64,000 nt of DNA, from positions 1 through 64,000 of the IMG/VR virus record IMGVR_UViG_3300010885_070871. One strand, 5' to 3'. The notes beneath the pieces are model-generated. The model saw only the letters and a list, made by a program, of their open reading frames with translations, made no database searches and was not told where the DNA came from. Origin of the DNA: a virus. The position numbers were made by a program, and so were the translations under genes. Of this stretch, positions 57,918 to 64,000 are shown in pieces (the stretch's first letter is position 1; each line of letters opens with the position of its first letter).

Positions 57918-59615
57918 ATGGATTTACTACAAAAAAATAAAGCAAAAATATCAGACCTCATAAGTCAAACTTTTGATCTTATTCAAGCAAGATATTCAAC
58001 TTCTAATCAATTATTTACAGTTGCTTCTATCTGGGGACAAATTATTTTTGTTCTTGATAACTTAACTCAGTTTATATTATTCTTTATTGAAGATTCTATT
58101 ACAGAACTAAATATTAATCAGGCAACTAGAGAATCCTCGATTTATGGATTAGCAACACTTGCAGGACATAATCCCACAAGATCTATATCTGCTAAGGGAG
58201 AAATATTAATAACTTGGAATGGAAAAAATTTAGAAGATGTTGCAGGTAGTGCAGTTCTTATTCCGAATTATGCTCAGGTAAAATGTACAAACAACGGAAA
58301 AACCTATATACTTAAACTAAATCAGGAATACGTAAGATTAAATTTAGATCCAACATCTAAATTAAAGGTTCCTATATTAGAGGGTGTCATAAATAAAAAT
58401 CAGTACACAGGTACAGGTTCTAAACTACAAAGTTATAATGTTTCATCAAGAGGTACTTCGAATATAGAAAATTTCGAGGTTGAGATTAGAGTAAATGGGG
58501 AGGTTTGGAAAAAGTATGATTCTTTATATGATATACCAAGAAATGCAAAAGGATATCTTGTAAAAAGTTCTTTAATATCCGGAATTGATATATTTTTCGG
58601 AACGATAGATTTTGGAACTCCTCCTGTTGCAGGTTCAGTAATAGAAGTTACTTATTTAGAATGTGCTGGGTCTCAAGGAAATATATTAGTTGAGGATTCT
58701 TCTCTCGTTTTATTCAGTTTTGATTCAGACGGAACAGATCTTTATGGAAGAAGTATATCTCTTGCTGATGTTCTTCAAGTATCTTGTACGATAGCTCCTC
58801 AATTAGGAGCAAATCAAGAATCTATAGATCTTACAAGATTAATTGCACCAAAAACATCTAGAAGTTTTGTTTTGGCTAATCCAACAAATTACATAACATT
58901 TTTTGAAAAATTTGGACAATTTTCTATAATAGAGGCTTTCACAACATTTGATGATGAGTACATAAGTGACGATAATGTTATTTATATTATTTTAGTTCCT
59001 GATATACAGCTAACTTTAAAGAGCAATGAAACATATTTTGATATTCCATTGTCTAGGTTTAAATTGACTAAACCCCAGATTGATAGAATATATCAATTAC
59101 TAGATGAAAGTGGACAAAAGATAGTTACAACTGTTGTTAAAATAATCGATCCTATAATTATAAAATATGTTGTTAATGTTGCAATAACAATTTTTGAAGG
59201 AAACGATCCAGAAACAATAAAATCTCAAATAGTAAATATTCTAAGTAACTACTTCTTAAATATAAGAAGAAGGGATAAAATACCAAGATCAGATTTAGTT
59301 GCAGCTATAGAAGGAATAGAAGGAATTGATTCGGTTTCACTTTATTTTGTGGGAGAAAAAAACGAGGCAGCTAAAAGAAGAAATAAAAATTCTCCTGATG
59401 TAGGCTTTGATGAATTTGGAGATATAGTTATAGGAAAAGACGAGGTAGTAGCTATTTCCGGAGGATGGGAAGATAGAAATGGTGTTTATTATGATTACGG
59501 AGCTAGTATGCAAACTCTTTCTTCTGTTAACATAGATGTTAGATCTATAGTTCCTAATACATATAATACTAGAGTAAATAATATACTTAAGTCAACATTA
59601 AAAACTGCAAATTAA
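57918..59615 (+). CDS. gp6: baseplate wedge protein gp6-like (baseplate J family)
   Basis: ATRESSIYGLA..GHNP, IFFG...G..P and ESIDLTR..AP; follows gp25. Confidence 0.8.
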   Translation: MDLLQKNKAKISDLISQTFDLIQARYSTSNQLFTVASIWGQIIFVLDNLTQFILFFIEDSITELNINQATRESSIYGLATLAGHNPTRSISAKGEILITWNGKNLEDVAGSAVLIPNYAQVKCTNNGKTYILKLNQEYVRLNLDPTSKLKVPILEGVINKNQYTGTGSKLQSYNVSSRGTSNIENFEVEIRVNGEVWKKYDSLYDIPRNAKGYLVKSSLISGIDIFFGTIDFGTPPVAGSVIEVTYLECAGSQGNILVEDSSLVLFSFDSDGTDLYGRSISLADVLQVSCTIAPQLGANQESIDLTRLIAPKTSRSFVLANPTNYITFFEKFGQFSIIEAFTTFDDEYISDDNVIYIILVPDIQLTLKSNETYFDIPLSRFKLTKPQIDRIYQLLDESGQKIVTTVVKIIDPIIIKYVVNVAITIFEGNDPETIKSQIVNILSNYFLNIRRRDKIPRSDLVAAIEGIEGIDSVSLYFVGEKNEAAKRRNKNSPDVGFDEFGDIVIGKDEVVAISGGWEDRNGVYYDYGASMQTLSSVNIDVRSIVPNTYNTRVNNILKSTLKTAN

Positions 59616-59616
59616 T

Positions 59617-59862
59617 ATGGAAAAGAAAAGCTGGTATGAATTCATAAACTCACAAAACGACATTAGATCTAATGTGGGATTTGACTATGAAGGAAAAATA
59701 TTCGAGAAAACATTATCAAATCAGGTTTTACGAGGAGATAAAAACAGGATGGATATTATTGAAAGCATGGAAAAAATTGTATATCAATTATTTGAAACTA
59801 CAAAGTATATTAAAAACTATATTAATTATACAGTTCCAAAAAATAATAAGTACGTAAGATAA
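59617..59862 (+). CDS. small hypothetical baseplate-module protein
   Basis: 81-aa ORF tightly packed between neighbours. Confidence 0.6.
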   Translation: MEKKSWYEFINSQNDIRSNVGFDYEGKIFEKTLSNQVLRGDKNRMDIIESMEKIVYQLFETTKYIKNYINYTVPKNNKYVR

Positions 59863-59863
59863 A

Positions 59864-62800
59864 ATGACTTTACAGAATCTTTTATTCTTCAATAAAAAAG
59901 GAGATCAATACAATTTCAAATTTAACGGAGATTACTGGGAAGGGTCGGTACTATTTCCTAAAGTTTCTGAAAAACTTTTTGAAATAGAACATGTATTCAT
60001 AATAGAAAAATTCTTAAATCCTACACAGGATATTGAATATGGTTTTCCTCATAGTTATGGAGTTAGTCCAGGATCACCATTATGGAAAACAGAATGGGAA
60101 TCTAAATATGACGAAAAAACCGATGTTAGTTCAATAATATACACATATGAACTTGGGATAGATCCTGAACTGGATTCTCCTGTTTTAGTTAAAGCTGATA
60201 GCATTGAATATTATCCTGAAGTTGTACCAGGAGATGCAATAGCTTCACCTTCTGGATTAGTAATAACTTCTAGTATAACATCTTCTTCAATTCAAGTAAA
60301 TATTGCATTAAACTCTGATAATGAAGGAGTATATGATAGAACTTTGTACATCAAGGATTATACAGATCCTAATAATCCTGTAACAATATTAAAGGTAAAC
60401 TTTCACGGTGAAGTTGAAGGAGAAGATAGCAGATTATCTGTTTTATTAGCAAACTTTGGTAGAAGCTTTAATATAGATGATTCTTTTATATCTAGAGATT
60501 CTGATATAAAAGAGCCTTTACCAGATTTTGAATTAATAAACCAAAAGAGAAAAGAATTACTACTAACAGGAGAAAGTATTTTTCCTTATTTAGGTTCATA
60601 TAAATCTTTATTTAATGCTATAAAGTTTTTTGGTTATTATGATTTAAGAATAAAAGAGTATTGGTTAAACGTAAAAAGAGATAGTGCTACAGTACTAACT
60701 CCTTTACAACAAAATGCTAAAATGCTAAAAGAACTTTCTAGACCAAATTTAGAAGGTCAAAATTCTTTAGAATTGATAAGTTCTTTAATCGAAGATGAAA
60801 ATAAAGGAAAATTTAAACAAGTTGAAATATACGGAAAAAGAAAAGATGGATCTTTTGGATTAAAAAAATCTTTTGAAAAATTATTTCCTTCTAAATCCTA
60901 TAAAAAAACTGCTTTATTTGGTCTTTTTTATGATATAAATAGAGTAGTAGAAGATCAAGACGAAGATCAATTCGGATATCCTATAGTTGAAGATGCTTTT
61001 ACTTTTAGCCCTGAAGAAGTTCTAATAAAACTTTTTGGATTAAGAGAGAGATTAAAAAAAGACTATTTACCTCTTAATGCAAGGATAGTAGATATAACAG
61101 GAGAAGGAGTTTATTTTAATATTTATAATACAAGAGGTTGGGTAGATCAATTAGGAATCGATGAAGTTAAAAGTGGAATAGAAGTAAAATTTAAAGCTTT
61201 TCCTGAAGTTGGATATGTTGAGGATCTAAGAGTATTTTCAACCAAACCTAATCAGCAAGGCATTTTATATCCTGCAATAAATGGTGCAGAGCCAGGAATA
61301 AGTTATTACGGAAATGAGATAGATCCTTATTCATATTATCAACAATATCCAGTTCCTAATATCCCTCTTTTAACCAATGCAATCCAAAGTTTTTATGATG
61401 ATATAAAGAAAGGAGAAATGCCTAAATTTTTAGGTAACGGAGATTATGATCCACCTGGATATAAGCTATATTCTAACGGAGAAGATTACGTTCTTCCTGC
61501 TGGATGTCCAATAGTACTAACAAATGCAACTTTTGATTTAGCTTGGGAAGAAATTAGTGGAAGCTGGAATTCTTTAGATCCTTCAGTAACAACTACACTT
61601 TTAAATGTAGCAAATTACACAAGTACAATTAATCCAAATCCTGGAACCCCTGCACAATCTGTAAACAGTTTAAGTACTTACACTATAAGTTCAACTTTAC
61701 CACAGACTGTCGTTATCAATATAGGTACTGGTAATCTTTGGTTTTCTACTATACCAAATGAGGTTGTTTTTGTTAGAGTTGAATCTGTTTCTTCTCCTGG
61801 AAATCTAATACTTGGATACGTAAATACTGGTGACTATAATAACATATCTGGTAACTTAACTATTCAAGTTATTTCTGTAAGAGGGTCAGGAACATATTCT
61901 AACTGGACAGTAACACCAACTAATATAAATTTCAATACATATTCTTTTGAGTATTTTCAAAATTGGATTTATCCTGGAGGATTTTATTCTTGGGATAGAC
62001 TTCCTTATTTAGATTTTTATGAGATAGAATGGACAATCTATAAAGAAGATGAATCCCCTTATTATTTTCAGATAAGAGGCGGATTACCGGATCTTGAAAT
62101 TTTACCACACTTTCTTCCATACACTGGGGAATATACAGTACAATGTAGATTGTGGGACACTTTAAATTCCATTTCATTAGGAATAACAAGAAGTGCAATA
62201 AAAGTTGATAAGAGACAGATAGAGCTTAATTGTTTAACTAGATTTAGAGAATCTGAAACATATGATTGGAATAACGTCCCACTTAAATGGGAAAGCTATC
62301 CTTCACAATGGATTTGGCCAGTTGAAAATACAGATCAGACTACCAAGATATCAGACGTTATTCAAAACTTCCCTGAATATTCCAACAATTTCAACGAGGG
62401 TCAATCATGTGAAGTTTTAACTAAGATCCCTGAAATAAAAGCAGAAACAGTTTTTGAAATAGGAGTAACTGGAGTTTCTATTGTAAACATAGCTAGTTTA
62501 CCAATAGGGGGATCTCCTGCTTTTTCTTATGGATTTGCAATTGTTACAACTTTAACTTCTCATGGATATTCTTCGGGAAGCAATGTTTGGATATATGATT
62601 CTTTAGGTAATCCTTATGGACAATTTCCTATAACCGTTTTATCACCTACAACTTTTGAAATACCTCAAGTTGTTATAACTCCTATAACAGGAGGTTCAGT
62701 TTTCGGCCAAGGTACAATAATTATAACAGCAGACGGTTTACAGATAGCGAATACAACATATTCAGGAACAATAAATTCCACTGCAGGAGTTATCTATTCA

Positions 62801-64000
62801 CAGATAAACAATTCTGTAGTATCTCCTAAATATAAAATAATAAATTTAGTTGATTCTATTACGACAAATCAAAAAGTTATAACTTTACAAGCTCCTAATA
62901 ATTCAGGGTCTTTATGGAATGGTAAGATAGTAACTATACAAACAACGGGTTCATTATATTCAGTTTCTTCAAGTTCAGTATTTACTGGTGGAGTTAATGA
63001 AACGGAGCAATACCTTCCTTATGATTTCAACTATCTACCTAAACCAGAAATGAGATATTGGGGTACTAAGAAATTATCTTGGGACACATTTGAAGATTTT
63101 GAATTCAGTAAAGCTTACGCACACACGTGGGATATGTATGACTACCATAATGATTGGTTAGGAGGATTTGATTTATATGGGGTTCAGTATAATGATAGAG
63201 TTAGAGTTACTTCAGAAACTAATGGTTTAGTATTTACTGAATATAGTTCTCCTATGAATAGTTATTTAGGATTGGATGAAGCAGTAGATCAATTAAATGA
63301 TTCAATAGATCCTAACATAAAAAGATTTAGTTACATTTCTAGAAATTATTCTAATTTACCAAATAACTTTTATCCTAATAGTTCACCTATATCTCCTGAA
63401 CTTAGTACAGATCCAGGACCTAAAAATATAAATTCTAAATTCTTTAAGCTGCCTACTTATTCACCTGTTACATTCACTCCTACTGGAATTGCTTGGGATG
63501 GTGATGGTGAGATTTGGGTTACTGGAGAAGATGCTATAAAATTTGACGGATTAAATTTTTATAACTATGATTCTAGTAACAGTCCTATGCCTGGTGTAGG
63601 TATAAAAACTAATTGTATAAAAATAGATCGTAATGATGTTAAATGGATAGGAGTAGATAACGATTTAGTTCCTTTAGTAAAAATAAACGAAAAAGATCCT
63701 TCACAAAGTGTTGGTTATAACGTTTCTGATTTTGTTGACAATAACGGAAATCCTGTTTGTCCGATAGCAAATTCAAGTATAAATGTAATAGAAATAAATC
63801 CTAGAACTGGAGATATATTTGCAGCTTTTGTTTCTAATACTTCTCCTAGTTATGATGGATTATTATTTTATGATAATGCAGCTAAATCCTGGGTTCTTTA
63901 TACCACATCCAATTCTGGAATACCTTCTGATGAAATAAGAGATTTAAGATTAGAATACTATGGAATTAATAAATGGTATTTATGGATTGCCACGGATAAT
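59864..64000 (+). CDS. 3'-truncated very large baseplate/receptor-binding protein (gp7-like position) with beta-propeller repeats
   Basis: ATG at 59864 (MTLQNLFIFNKKG); the same frame reads ...GINKWYLWIATDN at the window end. It is absent from the ORF track, consistent with no stop inside the window. YTTSNSGIPSDEI and WIG/WIAT are Reg_prop-like propeller motifs. Confidence 0.75.
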   Translation, partial: MTLQNLLFFNKKGDQYNFKFNGDYWEGSVLFPKVSEKLFEIEHVFIIEKFLNPTQDIEYGFPHSYGVSPGSPLWKTEWESKYDEKTDVSSIIYTYELGIDPELDSPVLVKADSIEYYPEVVPGDAIASPSGLVITSSITSSSIQVNIALNSDNEGVYDRTLYIKDYTDPNNPVTILKVNFHGEVEGEDSRLSVLLANFGRSFNIDDSFISRDSDIKEPLPDFELINQKRKELLLTGESIFPYLGSYKSLFNAIKFFGYYDLRIKEYWLNVKRDSATVLTPLQQNAKMLKELSRPNLEGQNSLELISSLIEDENKGKFKQVEIYGKRKDGSFGLKKSFEKLFPSKSYKKTALFGLFYDINRVVEDQDEDQFGYPIVEDAFTFSPEEVLIKLFGLRERLKKDYLPLNARIVDITGEGVYFNIYNTRGWVDQLGIDEVKSGIEVKFKAFPEVGYVEDLRVFSTKPNQQGILYPAINGAEPGISYYGNEIDPYSYYQQYPVPNIPLLTNAIQSFYDDIKKGEMPKFLGNGDYDPPGYKLYSNGEDYVLPAGCPIVLTNATFDLAWEEISGSWNSLDPSVTTTLLNVANYTSTINPNPGTPAQSVNSLSTYTISSTLPQTVVINIGTGNLWFSTIPNEVVFVRVESVSSPGNLILGYVNTGDYNNISGNLTIQVISVRGSGTYSNWTVTPTNINFNTYSFEYFQNWIYPGGFYSWDRLPYLDFYEIEWTIYKEDESPYYFQIRGGLPDLEILPHFLPYTGEYTVQCRLWDTLNSISLGITRSAIKVDKRQIELNCLTRFRESETYDWNNVPLKWESYPSQWIWPVENTDQTTKISDVIQNFPEYSNNFNEGQSCEVLTKIPEIKAETVFEIGVTGVSIVNIASLPIGGSPAFSYGFAIVTTLTSHGYSSGSNVWIYDSLGNPYGQFPITVLSPTTFEIPQVVITPITGGSVFGQGTIIITADGLQIANTTYSGTINSTAGVIYSQINNSVVSPKYKIINLVDSITTNQKVITLQAPNNSGSLWNGKIVTIQTTGSLYSVSSSSVFTGGVNETEQYLPYDFNYLPKPEMRYWGTKKLSWDTFEDFEFSKAYAHTWDMYDYHNDWLGGFDLYGVQYNDRVRVTSETNGLVFTEYSSPMNSYLGLDEAVDQLNDSIDPNIKRFSYISRNYSNLPNNFYPNSSPISPELSTDPGPKNINSKFFKLPTYSPVTFTPTGIAWDGDGEIWVTGEDAIKFDGLNFYNYDSSNSPMPGVGIKTNCIKIDRNDVKWIGVDNDLVPLVKINEKDPSQSVGYNVSDFVDNNGNPVCPIANSSINVIEINPRTGDIFAAFVSNTSPSYDGLLFYDNAAKSWVLYTTSNSGIPSDEIRDLRLEYYGINKWYLWIATDN

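Noticed and set aside
8242-62198. Numerous short ORFs opposite or inside long genes (e.g. 8242-, 9179-, 19892-, 22433+, 48948-, 51786-, 61932-)
   Set aside because: They overlap well-supported genes and show no recognisable motifs.

Overview
This AT-rich, densely coding 64-kb window is a fragment of a large T4-related (myovirus-type) jumbo phage genome in the standard genetic code. A Bacteroidota-like host is inferred from A-rich starts that lack Shine-Dalgarno sequences. In order it holds: the end of a collagen-like fibre gene; a DNA-repair cassette (degenerate UvsE, NEIL1-type glycosylase, 3'-5' exonuclease); the head module (gp21-type protease fused to a repeat scaffold, gp23-type major capsid protein, many probable internal head proteins); a dNMP kinase plus AsnB-like pair; a RimK ATP-grasp/aspartic-protease fusion beside a poly-acidic repeat protein; a 12-kb, 16-gene glycan cassette (glycosyltransferases, four methyltransferases, fcl, kdsD, kdsA); a NUDIX gene; and the baseplate/neck module, with a ribosomal-S1-like gene and an amidoligase-like gene embedded in it. 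The most notable signals are: (1) a candidate phage-encoded Kdo/fucose/O-methyl glycosylation system; (2) a shared T4-like capsid-targeting N-terminal motif, often paired with a GATATATA motif, marking a set of probably packaged proteins that includes a nucleotidyltransferase; (3) two distinct candidate promoter classes; (4) a RimK-RimB-like writer/eraser fusion. All family calls come from reading motifs by eye; no database searches were run.
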